Shown here one piece after another: positions 1 to 12,281 of a stretch of DNA of 64,000 nt. Below the pieces are notes generated by a model, which worked only from the letters and a program-made list of their open reading frames with translations, had not been told where the DNA came from and did no database searches. The stretch's first letter is position 1; the number at the start of each line of letters is the position of its first letter. The position numbers and the translations under genes were made by a program. Source of the stretch: Marsupella aquatica (taxonomy: Eukaryota > Plantae > Marchantiophyta); contig OZ316894.1 of NCBI GenBank assembly GCA_973895155.1, positions 16,538,216 to 16,602,215 on the forward strand, written 5' to 3'.

Positions 1-2680
1 TGAGGATCCAACAAACAACAACTTTATTCCAAGTCAACCAGTGAATGCCTCTTCTACTCTAGGTGTCACAGGAGGCATGAATGCGTAAGGAAAGGCTTTG
101 AGTCATGAAAAATCACTGTAGTTTGAAGTCAACAAGAGATTGTCTCCTCGGAATTGCTGAATGCTGTTCCAAATTCTCTCTCAATAATTGATGTTGGTGG
201 AAGGTTTCCGGTCTCCAAGTGTGGGGTTGACTTAGTGTGTTATTAGTATATCACCTGTAATGATGCACTAAATAAATGCTTTATTTTATGAAGAGAATTT
301 TCTGGAATTATTCTTATTTTGAATTTGAATGATTTATTTTATTTTATTAAGGACATACTGTAGGATGAAGTACAATCTTTATTTCTGCGTGATAAATGCA
401 TTTTTATTATTTCCTACCGATTATTAAAAATTGGTAAAAAAAACTGTGAAAATATCAAGCTTTTTTAGGCTGCATGTGTTTCTACTTAAAAATAAACAGA
501 TTCTCCTTTACTGGATGGTTGGCAGTGCAAAGAAGGACATAACTGGCCAATCATGCATTGTCAGTACTTGATGGACACCAAAGTTAAATTTAAGACTTAA
601 CTACAGTAGGCACTTTTGACGGTGAACCAGTATGAATTCTTAAACTGCAGTAACACCGCACACACCTCTTGACTCAGGAACTTCTTGAATCAGGCACAAA
701 TAATTAATGGACACCCTACTTCCATAAGCTTCAATTCTTGTAACGAAGCTAATCCAGGTCTCCTGTTTTTGTTTTAAATTCTGAAAATAATGCATATATC
801 ACTGTGAAGTCAATGTTTACATCAAAATGCTTCAAACATTCTTAAAACTTGCATCACAAAATTACTTTGATGTTTCATAAGTACTTGAAAATTAGTCAGG
901 TACAAAATTATAATATTAATCAAGTTTTTGCACAAGCCAGGATGGGACTATAGCAGTAACAATTGTTGCTAGTGTATTTTTTAATTGGCTAAGAACTGCC
1001 AAAATCTTTGTATATCCAACTCCCGGTGAAATGATACAAAGAAAAGCAAAGTGATCAAACAGTAATACCTATTACTTCTGAATAAATATAAGGTGGGTCC
1101 CACATTATTTCCCTCATAGACCTTTGAGGCATTTGCCAATTTGAACAACATACAGAACACAAACTATTAACTGATGGAATTTGCGAGACAACCATTGGTA
1201 TGGTGCCATGATGCTTTGAGAGTACCAACCAGGTGCCCAAAGGAGTTGAATAAATATATCTTCCTTAAAATGTTGTGACACATGAAGACTGAATGGATGA
1301 TTCTTGACTTTGTATCTTTTATTGCACATCCCTCCATCTGGAACTTTCATGCAATTCATGCCAAAAAAAACCTACCACACTGTCTCAATACTAGACTCCA
1401 TTCCATCTATTCAATGAACATACCAAATTTCAAGAACTAGTGGCTAGCCCTAACTATATCTCAACCAAGTGGAAAGTAATTAGTGGATAAAGCTCAACAA
1501 AAGCTCAACTAAGTAGAAACTTGCACCCCCAAATTTCTTTCAACCTCCTTGCCCACCCTAACTTTCCACTTGCTTTATCCCCAAATCCTAACTGGTTTTT
1601 TCTGTTTCACCTTAGCCTCTTTCATACAATTGATTTAATGAAGGTAATCAAAACGTTTTGGGACTTGAATTTTCTTCAAATTTTTGTAGTAAATAGGTCC
1701 CCAAGGTAGGTAGCTCTTTAAAAATTAAATCTCATCCCATACAGCCCCAGGGAACAAAATTATGGTTAGAGAACTCTTTTGATGCATCTTAGGATATTCA
1801 CATACCACAGTAATATAGAAATAACATCATGAAAACCCTAAAAGAATAATCAATTAATTGTCATTGGTTGAAAGTGATGAAGAACTAAACTTAAGATTAG
1901 CCCCATACCTGAGTGTCCGATATTTCTGACGTTAGTATAAGGTTAAATACCTTGAGCAAATTGAAAGTGCACATTTCATCATTAATTATCAACACTTATC
2001 TCATTTATCAATCTCATACATTTTAATACATGAATGTTGTCATCTTGTGCACCATCATTACTATTCTCTTTTTTAGCCAATGATAGATCAAATTAGTCAA
2101 TCAATTAATCTAACGGCTAGAATTAGTGCTTACTGATTTTTAAGTGAAGAAATTAGATATAAATAAATCAAGTACTATAAATGATGTGTCACTGTCCATG
2201 GGTATGATGGGAGACAACCTTCCAGATCCGAGCTTTGGTTTCTAGTTACCAGAGGTTTATTTTACGTCCACTATTTGTTATTTGGGATATTGATTTTTGT
2301 TTTTGCAAAGATTTTACCATTCTCAGGTCTAACCATGTTTCTTGGTGTCACAACAAACACAAATGGTTGTGTTTGTTTGTCGCCGCAAATATTGCCAATT
2401 GTGTTTGTGGCAACAATTGCTGATGTGGTGCAACCATGGGCCAGAAATTTTGGAATGAACTTGTCATGGGGCCCATAACTAAACCTGAAGAATTTTAATT
2501 TCTGGTCAACCACAATATTCTATTGGATAACTGAATGAACTCTATTTGAAACAAAAATTGTTTGGTGTGATCCAGAACCTTCAAGCTACCTACCAAAAAA
2601 GCTGGGGCTTTTGGACATTTCCAACACTCCCCCTGTACCTCCAAAAATCACTTTTTCACAAACTGCAATCTTTATGCACA

Positions 2681-3010
2681 GGTTTGCCCCTTGTTCATCC
2701 AACTCCAAAAGAAAACAGTTGTCAGTGACCCTCATCAATCAAAAGTCAAATGGAAGCAAAATTCGTACACTCAAAAGGAAATTGCTACTAGGGGAATTGA
2801 AAGGGTCTCCTCGAGGAATTCCAACGCTACAAGGTAGAGCACAAGCAAAAGTCTAGATCTCAATGCATGCCTACAACAAGAGAATCAATCATTCAGGGGT
2901 GGGGCCAAAACTAAAGACAAAAGTTGGTCCAAAAAAGGTTTTGCCCCCTTTGTCATCCAATTTTCAAAGAAAACAGTTGTCACCAACATCAATCACAAGT
3001 CAAATGGATG
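2681..3010. repeat. Diverged ~70-bp direct repeat, two copies (~2681-2755 and ~2938-3010)
   Basis: Both copies carry tttgcccc..tcatccaa..aaagaaaacagttgtca..catcaatca.aagtcaaatgga. Confidence 0.65.
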
Positions 3011-5240
3011 TTGGTTGAAGGTAGCAAGGGGAGGTATGTTGGGTTACTTTCAAAGTACATATTCCATGGCACAGACTACGCAAATAATATTTTACATCTT
3101 TAGTAGCACCACATTTGCCAACAACATCTTGACTGTACTTCACTAGCTGGGGCACATCATACTAAGAAGGCATAACATACGCAAAGCAAAATCCCAACAG
3201 TTCCAGAGTTTAGGGTTTTCTGAAATGTGGATATGGAATTCTTTATCCCCTCTACACATTGAAAATTCTTCCTCAGGCCCTTCCTACCCATTCATCTTCT
3301 CCTCTTTTTGCACATTTTCAATTAATTATAATCACTGCTGATGCCACCCCAATGTCTACAGGCCTACTGCCTAGCTTGCAAATCCGAAACTTTCATCTGT
3401 TGTCAGGGGAAGCCTAAGGAAGAACAGGTTACATTGTAATGGGGCAATGGACCACTGTTCATGGACAATGATGTTACTCAGTATTTTCTGTTTTTGTGAA
3501 AAAGTGCACCCTGTCCTTCAAGCTTACTGCAACACTCTCAGTAATGTTTTACCCTACAAGTATTCCAATTCGCTTGAGGCAAACATCTCACAAATAATTC
3601 GTGATTTACACTCTGGAGCTTTTGTGGTGGAGAGTGACGCCTCTAGACCCTGACTCTAGGGTGGCAAATAGTTTCAAGGTGAGGCAACAGGTGGGGGAAG
3701 GCAGCCATGGGGCCAAGAAAGGCTCGGGCATTCAGGCTCGTAGAAGAACAAAGCCTACGAGCTGACAATGGGTGGTCTATCAAGGGGAGTTCCAGATTTC
3801 TCACCCCCAATGAAGAGTTGACTTTGTTTGGACTCCCTCGAGCAAGAAATTTTTTGGGAGTGGTCAAAGTAGAGGTTATCAGGGAAGGCAACCTGCTCCA
3901 CCCCCACCCTCGAATCGACCTTGTGATTGTGTGGCGGACCTTAGAGTCAGGATACGACGAAGACCAGACCCTTGACCCGCAGGCTGGTTCGTGTAACCAA
4001 GGTGACTCGGTCCTCTCTCCCCCGACCAGAAATTACCGCGTCACCGGTAGATCGAGTCGCGAAAGCAAACGTGTAAGCAGTACCGCAGATTCCGATGCTA
4101 CGACTACAGTAGTATATCAGTCTGTAAATTTACATTGCGGTACCGTCTCGTACAAACGTCGGAACTACCGTATCTGCGAAACTTGCTGTACAGTATCCTC
4201 AACCGGACGACCGGATTAATGTACTGTACGGTAGGTACGGGACCTGATTCGAAGGGAACTAGCCTCCCTCCCTTCACTGCCCCCGCGGCCCCGCCCATGC
4301 TCCTGTAGTCCGGTACTCTGGTTGGCCCCATTCACCCGCTTAGTGCCAGGGTTCCATCGGTTTTCTTGTCCAGCGACAACTCCCTGATACCAACGCACGG
4401 CTGGCGTGCTAGGGTTTGATGGGGGTCGCCGGTTGCGAGTCGAGTGACGCCACCCAAGTCCCTTAGGCCCCATCGTTGCCCTCGTCGGCCCTCTCTGGCC
4501 CCTGACGGTCGCCTGCCTCCTAGCCCTCCTCATCAATAATCCCTGTCGACGAGAGACTGGACCAGACCAGCTGACCAGACCCGTCGACCAGAACAGACGA
4601 CAGTCCTGACCTAAGATCACCTGCGACCATACGGTCCTTTACTACTTTGGCCTTTGGGCTCTGACCCGACGCGACACTACTACTGGCTACTACTACACTG
4701 CTCTAGAGTCCTACAGTGGTAGTGGACAGTACTGTCTTGTTCCCTCCTCTTTCCTTCGCTTCCCGGTCCTTCGCATCCGACCCCGGGCCTTGGCTTGTTC
4801 GGTTTGGCTTGGCCCGGGCCTGACTTTGCAGGCCTGGTTGGTTGGTTGGTCCCGTCGTCCCGTCGTAATGGCGACGGTCGGTCTCCTCCTCGAGCGTCTG
4901 TGTCTGTGCGCCGAAGACGAGAGCGCTAGGAAGGAAGATTGACATAAGTCGTTCACTTGCTCGCTCGCTGATGTTGGTGTGCGATCTTCTTTTCTTTTCT
5001 TCTCCCTCTCCTTCTATTTCTTCGAAAGCGTCGGAACTCCACCCTTTCTGCCTCTCACCATCATCTCCACCTAGCTCAGCTTCCCTTCCTTCCGGCGCTT
5101 CTGTGCTCGCTTGCTTGTTTGCTTGTGAAGGTGACGAAGAACGGGCGCGCGGGCGGTCAGGCGGGCGGTCGGTCGGTCGAGCTTGGCTTTGCGAGAGAGG
5201 TTGCGTGCTGCTGGAAAGTTTGGGTTGCGGATCGAAGGAG

Positions 5241-5298
5241 CAGGGCAGGGCACGGCAGGGCAGGGCAGGGCGGAGCGGGGCGGGGCGGGGCGGGGCGG
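5241..5298 (+). repeat. (CAGGG)n/(CGGGG)n pentanucleotide array, G-quadruplex-capable, in the probable PP2C 5' leader
   Basis: cagggcagggcacggcagggcagggcagggcggagcggggcggggcggggcggggcgg read directly. Confidence 0.8.
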
Positions 5299-5851
5299 TC
5301 GGGCTATGACATGATCTAGCTGGCTCATATCCATGGTGTGGTTTTCGGGGAGTTGTTCGACGGAGCTAGCAGCACTCTCTCGTCTGAGTTCCTGCTACTA
5401 CTACTAGGTCAAAGCTGTCAGTAGGACGGTATTGAACGCTCGGACGAGCCTGGAGAACGGCCCGGGAGTTCTAGAGCTGGTTCGAGGTGAAATGGTATCC
5501 GACACAAATTTTGGTGATTCGAAATCCAGCTGAGATGTGCTTTCTCAGGCTCAGCTCTCTCCGCAAGGCATGTATTCCTGCGTTACATACCGGACCTTAC
5601 GAGCACTCGTCCACCGTCAAGGGACGATGTTGAAATGCTTCTGATTTGACAGTTCTTAGTAACGAAATGGGCCTTTAGGCTTGATTTGGAGGGTTGATGC
5701 GTTATGCACCTGACACGGAAATGACTGGCAGTCTGCCAATCAAAAGGGGACCTTCTTGTCAGCTGAGCTATGGAAGGATCTATTTGCTGGAACTGACGAT
5801 GAATGGTCCTAAGTGGTGGGATCATGAGATGTCTGGATGCCTCCTCTCTAG

Positions 5852-7910
5852 ATGGGAAGCAAGCGAGCTGCCGCCGGTGACACATCCCGGGAGAGAGAGA
5901 TGTCTGCACATTCTTTCACATGCACAGTGAGAGAGCTTGAGTTCATTTGGGAGGAGAGTGGTTATAATTTTGGCGTGTCGGGCGTTGGCTGATTTGTGTT
6001 GTTGTCTGTTTGGTGGCCGCAGATGGTTCCTGGGATGCAACCGTCATCTAGGCAGAATGGCGCTGCTGCGGACACAGGGAAAGGGCAGGGACAGGGCTCA
6101 CACCAACAGGTTGTTCACGGATTCTCATTAGTGAAAGGAAAATCTAGACATCCCATGGAAGACAAACACGTAGCAGAGTATAAGCGCGTGAAGGATCACG
6201 AGTTGGGGCTGTTTGCAATCTACGACGGTCATCTCGGTGATAGTGTCCCCGCTTACCTCCAACGAAACCTTTTCGACAATATTATCAATGAGGTTTATAT
6301 TCTATGCCGTATTCCTAATGTGCTGTTTAGTATGGAGTGCTTACAGTCAACGTTCTGCTCCTTGTAGGCGTATATATAGAGAGATGTATTCTTGAGGGAC
6401 TGCTGAAGGGGTCCTTTCTTCTTCTGAACTCCTCAAGCGTGTTTCGTCGCTGGGCTGCCGGAGACCATTGCACCTCGCGCACTGTATAGCTTTCTAAATA
6501 GGGGCGTAGATGTGATATTTCTTGAGTTTAGGGACCAGCCGTTTGGACAAGGATTTTGTTTGGCCAGGGAGAGATCCGTAGCTCCTGTTCTTCGTAAGCG
6601 GCAAAATTGGTTCGGTTTACGTCGAATACCGTACTATCGCTTCATCGACTCTGAGTCTGCTGTAGGCTACAGTCGTGGATGTTCTGCAAGCAGCTGTGTT
6701 GTCGATCAATGAGCTCATTGGGGGTTGTTGCGTTGGGTTGCGGTTGCGGTTGAAGATGACGTCCATCCACGAGTGTCAAGTGGCGATAGTCGCTTGCAGA
6801 TCAGCACCCTTCAAAATTCGGTTCTGTTACACGCCTAGATAGGATGTGGTGGTTTCTCATCTTGTCTTGACATGTGTGTTGATGCTGATTCTGATTATTT
6901 TCTCTACAGAACGGATTCTGGAACCGTCCCTCTGAAGCAATCAAGAAAGCATATCTAAATACAGACGGCACCATTCTGGATAAAGCTCCCACTTTAGGTC
7001 TGGGCGGATCCACAGCTGTCACAGCAATCTTGATTGACGGGAGGCGCCTCTTTGTGGCCAATGTCGGGGACTCGAGAGCTGTTCTGTCCAAGGGTGGTAC
7101 TGCTATTCAGCTTTCCGTAGATCATGAACCTAGCGCCGAAAGGCGGAGCATTGAGGGCAAAGGGGGCTTTGTCTCCAACATGCCAGGTAGGTGTATCTTG
7201 CGGAAGGCAATCCTCGCTACTAAATACTCAATCGGCAAATAAGTCGGTGATGATCTCATAACTACTGAGCTACGAAGGGCTATGGTGCTGATTTTTTCAA
7301 GTACTCCTCTCCGAAGTTTTGGGTAGATATACAACCGCAGCTCATGTTACCTGAATCACACGGTTCCTTGGGTGGGATTCCCGGAGAACCTGGATGTACG
7401 ACATTCTTTAAAAATTTGCCCCGTGTCTCATGGTCAAGCGACGCCGTTTTGTATTTTTCAGGTGATGTACCGCGTGTTGATGGCCAGCTGGCCGTAGCTC
7501 GCGCATTTGGTGACAAAAGCTTGAAAATCCATCTAAGTGCTCAACCTGATGTCCACGAGGAGAGGATTGATAGCACCTCAGAGTTTCTTATTCTAGCCAG
7601 TGACGGTCTTTGGAAGGTCTCTACTTGCAGCATTCATCACATTCGTACTTGAGTTTTACCAGAAACCGGAATGTCCTGATCTTCCTGCATGTTTGAATTC
7701 TTGATGACAACAGTATGCATTTTTTCCCTTGGGTTGAGTATTGACAGATTTTCTGTTCGCGTTTATGGGCAGGTCATGAAGAACCAGGAAGCAGTGGATC
7801 ATGTCAAGAAAGTTCGGGATCCACAGGTTGCTGCGAAGATGCTAACAGATGAAGCCCTGGTTCGGAAGAGCAAGGACGATATCTCATGCGTTGTTGTTCG
7901 ACTCCGTTGA
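5852..7910 (+). CDS. Protein phosphatase 2C (clade F / PAPP2C-like), 5 coding exons, ~304 aa
   Basis: Exons 5852-5926, 6023-6292, 6910-7186, 7462-7616, 7773-7910 have GT-AG borders and join in frame (915 nt). Motifs: [64 protein letters not shown]. The first exon and start (ATG 5852, 5900 or 6023) are less certain. Confidence 0.93.
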
Positions 7911-8699
7911 GGTCACTCGTTTTCAGTCAACCCCATTCTTTTTAGATGAAATGCCCTTCACTGCGAACTTTTAAAAGTTGTGGAAGTTCTGCTAGTCAAG
8001 GTTCTCGTTTATCTGAACTCTTTGGAATCCAGTAGAATTGTCTGGAAATTACCAGCTTTTTCCTACTTGTAAATATGACAGGCTGGCGTATAGTTGAATT
8101 GTGTCAATCTTTTGTATGCCCGCCTTCAGTACGTATTCCTTCAGTGAAAACACCCAAGCTTGTTTCCGATTGTGGAAATGTAGTGTCTCAAACGGCCCAG
8201 CCCAATTGCTAGTATTCCATTCTTAAATAGGCTGAGATGTAGTAATTTTGCAGTTTTTGTGCAAGAAGTTGCTGCTTTAGGTACTTGATTCAGCATAGTG
8301 ATTCAGAAATATTGTGGCAAGGCTGTGGTGCTTACCCAACAATAATGTTCCCTATACTGCCGGCAGCAGTTTGTAATGCGGTTCCCATGGAGCAGTGCAA
8401 TATACCTGATTTGGATTGTGTGCAGATAGGTAGCTGTGTCCATGTAGGTGCCTTGCATAGTGACCTATCGTGCTCGAGTTCCTCAGTTGTTTGTAAATAC
8501 GTAGTATACAGAGGCTCTTGTCCAGAGACTCGACTATTTCGGGCTATGGTGGACTTGTTATTTGTGTGCATGGACACCTCAAGGTTGAAACGCTCGTCTA
8601 TTGCTTTTCGCTTCAATGAATGTGATAGTAGTTTACTCCCTTAGTATTGAATTTCAAAAGTAATTATCTGCTCTCAGCTCCAACCCATTTAGTCCATGA

Positions 8700-11330
8700 C
8701 GCAGCAGACATTTTGGAACAACTCCCTCTCAAATACGCTGGGTTGGCGTCAAATACCTTTCCGGTCGTAGGTCTTGTGAAATTTTGCACTGACTGTCTTT
8801 GTTCTTGATTAGAGGGCTTTCTGGGGCGAGCTGGAGGTTTTTTCAAGTGGGCTGAAATGTTTGTTGAAATCCATTTTTAACCATCGTGCTTTTTTTAGTG
8901 GATGTCAATGTGAGTGTTTTGCCAAGCATGGTATCAGTTAGCTTAAACAAGGTCATGGTTGTGGTTGGTACTTGTTTGGTTCTCCTTGCCCCAACATGTA
9001 GTTCCTTTCGTCAAGGGTTTCCCACAAGGCAATGGCTACTGCAGGACCACAACCGTCTAAGAAAGAATGGTCCATGAGGCATCAGTTGTTTCATTTAGTG
9101 AAGTGACCATGCCTTTCAGCAGACGGGACCTTTGAAACTGTTTTTCGTAGTGATGCGAAGGAAACATAGCTGAGGGGCGGGTGAAGGGAATGTGAGAAGT
9201 TCGATCTGCGAAGGACTAGACCTTTCTGAGGCTTTTTCAAGAGAAGGTCATCGAATGTCTAACATATCCAGGCAGGTGCCATGACGGCATGAGTGACCAT
9301 GAACTTATAGGATCATTTTGACTTCAAATTTGCCTTTATGAAACTCACCTAACTGACTGGGAAGGTTGTTTGATTCCCGGTGAGGAAAACGGTATGGATT
9401 AATCGTCACAAGTGTTTGGATGTGGAAGTTTTCGTAACAGGTTTATAGGACTTTCCCTTATGTCAACTCTGAATGTCTCGAGAGGTTTTTCAGATGGCAT
9501 ACGCTCGGTGTTGCCTACTGCAACAATGAAAACATAGGTTTTTTGTTTGAAAAGGTCGATGATGTGCACCCTCGTAATGCCCATTTAAGTGTGGGAAATT
9601 TGAATCTGTTGTCTTACTACCAAAGCGAAGACTGGGCCTTAGCTATATGTTGGGTACGGTCGGTGCAATGTAGAACTAGATGATACCAGCCATTGTGTGT
9701 ACTTCAGTTGGTCTGGAGGAAATGATAATATACCCGCCTTTGCTCTCCTTCAGAAATCCCTTGGCGCGCTACCTGAATGCACGGGTTAACTGATCTGCCA
9801 CATAACCTTTTCGCACGTGATCTTTTGAAGCATGACCTGGCCATAGGTTTCCTACATTAATTCTCGTTTGCAAGTTTTAGCTCAGAGCATCTGATTTGGT
9901 ACTCTGATCAGTCTATTTTTTTCTTCATTCACTCAAAGGACTACAAAGTAAGGCTCTCGGTGGTCTTTAACTTATTTGATCTCACTGCTGAGCTCACTTC
10001 GTCCGTAGTAGGGATCTCCTTGAAACTACTGTATGTCACCACTTGGTTCTCACGTCAGGACTTGAAGACAGTCAATTGTCATTATTGATGCTCGACTCTG
10101 TCCATTGAAGCGGGAATGAACCTTTAAAGTAATCAACGGAAAGACAAGCCAAAATATGAATATCTCGGTGAGGGACAGATTGAAGATGCCCAATCGAGCT
10201 GCAGATCGTACTACCTTTAAAGATTCGCCCGTTGAAAGTAAACAAAACTGGCCTATAAAGCATCACCAATTTCAGGTTGACTCTAGTACGAATTGGTTGC
10301 CCCCTGACACGTAGAAAATTATATGTTGATGTCGAACATTTTTCAGCCCACCTTGAACTGACACGTAGAAAAGTATTTATTGAAGTTGAGCTTACGTCAG
10401 CCCACCTTAAGCCACTGACACGTAGAGACGTATCTATTGAACACTGAACTTATGTCAGCCCACAAGAGAATTGATGACACTCATTGTGATATTCTTGGAT
10501 TGCATTATAGAAATGATTACAGACTTAATTAATGACACTCATTGTGATATTCTTGGATTGTATTGTAGGAATGATTACACTCAATTTGATATTCATTTTT
10601 ATGCATTAAATTATATTATTATATTCGTGATTGATACAATCTAGTTTTAGCAATGTGTGTCGAGAATGGTCCTACCTCTGAATAAGATAAATTTGGTGTG
10701 TGTTAGAACCAGCCAACTATAAAATGCAGATCTAACCGAGGATCCTCGCTCCACCGCTTTTCAATGAGGATTGCACTCCAATTCACAGAAATGATGTTGA
10801 AATTGCTTCCATTAACCTCGGAAGTGAGATGGAAAGACTTGAATAGAGCTTTAAGCAGTTCTATGTGAATGGAAGGAGTAATCCCCTTTCAGTATTTTTG
10901 TAACCCAGGCAAGTCAATTGGCCAAATGGTTAAATTTTGTCCAGGATTCGATGTTGAAGTACCCTCCACACCAGGAAACCAGTCAGACCCGGAAACCACC
11001 ATGGGCGTTATTTCTCATGCTTTCTTCGACTGGAAATACCGATTTATGTCTTGGAGAGCACACCTATGGCAGGTTGGAGAATCCAAGTGTTGCTCATTAT
11101 CATCCCGAGGAACTACGGCACATTATTAAAGTAATTCCACCTGAACCAGATTTTACTTTAGACACTCGCATCTCTGTTATCCAGGACACAGGAAATACAA
11201 CATACTCATACAATCATACCCCTATTCAAGACAAATCGCACTTTGTCACTCTGTAGTATTTGCACCCAAGTCGTGGTAGGAAGTGTTGAATCGCCTCGAC
11301 AAGTCCGAGGGAGAGAATACTACTTGTGAT
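8700..11330 (-). mobile_element. Heavily decayed L1-clade LINE ORF2 relic (AP endonuclease then reverse transcriptase)
   Basis: Manual minus-strand translation gives degenerate motifs in the expected order: GSGGITLI (~11140), LGFSN..VCSP (~11080), WCGGYFN (GDFN-like, ~10965), RLD..FY then DH (~10740-10665), PTTDEVSSAV (~10005), HIAKA (~9645), CDD (FADD-like, ~9405). Many stops and frameshifts; boundaries approximate. Confidence 0.55.
10304..10580. repeat. Two adjacent tandem duplications inside the LINE relic (~55 bp x3 and ~59 bp x2)
   Basis: ctgacacgtaga...tcagcccac at ~10304, 10358, 10415; atgacactcattgtgatattcttggattg at ~10474 and ~10532. Confidence 0.8.
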
Positions 11331-12281
11331 TATTATCCTTTGTGTTGCATTCTTACTGTCACCATGCCTACTTTAGTTACCAGGAAACAACGTTCCTGTA
11401 TCTGTGGCAAGAACCTGGATACATTTATTTGGGGGGACACATTATATACACCCCCACACTGATGAAAGACCTGTTGTCCACAAGCAGCTGTCGAAACATT
11501 GCAATCCACCTTACCCTGTGTTCAAGGTTATACTAACCAATTATTGTAACGCGCTCAATTGTACTTTTCGGTGATACTCCCAAAATGAGCAGAGAGCGCT
11601 CTCACTCAAATCACACGGAAAAGCACTTGTGAATAAAAATCGTGTGTAAATGCTCCTGTACCAATCATATCGAATAATCGCAGACCCTAAAACTTCATAT
11701 TTGAACTTGATCTAAAACATCGCAATTGTTACAACCTGACGCGCAATGTCATTGATTTGTTTCGGTACGTTGAAACGGACTCGTACAGTGCTTTGGACTT
11801 CTTCTCACGCTCTTAATCCTCGATCATCTGTACTTAATATATACATTACCAATTCGCACGAGTAAATATTTATTTCTACTCTTTGCGCCCCAATTGGGGT
11901 GCCGTTTAAGGTGAACTAGTGTTCAAATCTGGGTAAAACGCTTGGGTACTCCTACTATCTTGGCCCAAATCTTTCGATCTAAATTGAGTATTGGCTTTGA
12001 TGGTCTAAGATTTTGCATAAGCCTGGTCGAGAAGACTGAGATGCCTTGTATGATCGAACAAAACCTGGTAAGAACTTCAAATAAAACGAATGATTGGGCC
12101 CTCTACATTCACACTATGGGTCCAGCATCGGTGGTTCCAAGTTAAACCACAAATATGCTCATGTTACTTTTTACAAACCAAAAGTCCGCAAGCAACTTTC
12201 CGGTGTAACTAGAGAACTATTGATAGGAGAAATACATACCATGATGAAGTAATGCTACATACTTATCTAAGCCAAATGTCG

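Noticed and set aside
3707-4219. 170-aa ORF and other ORFs in the GC-rich region upstream of PP2C
   Set aside because: No recognisable domain or splice structure; ORFs of this size are expected by chance in GC-rich promoter or repeat DNA.
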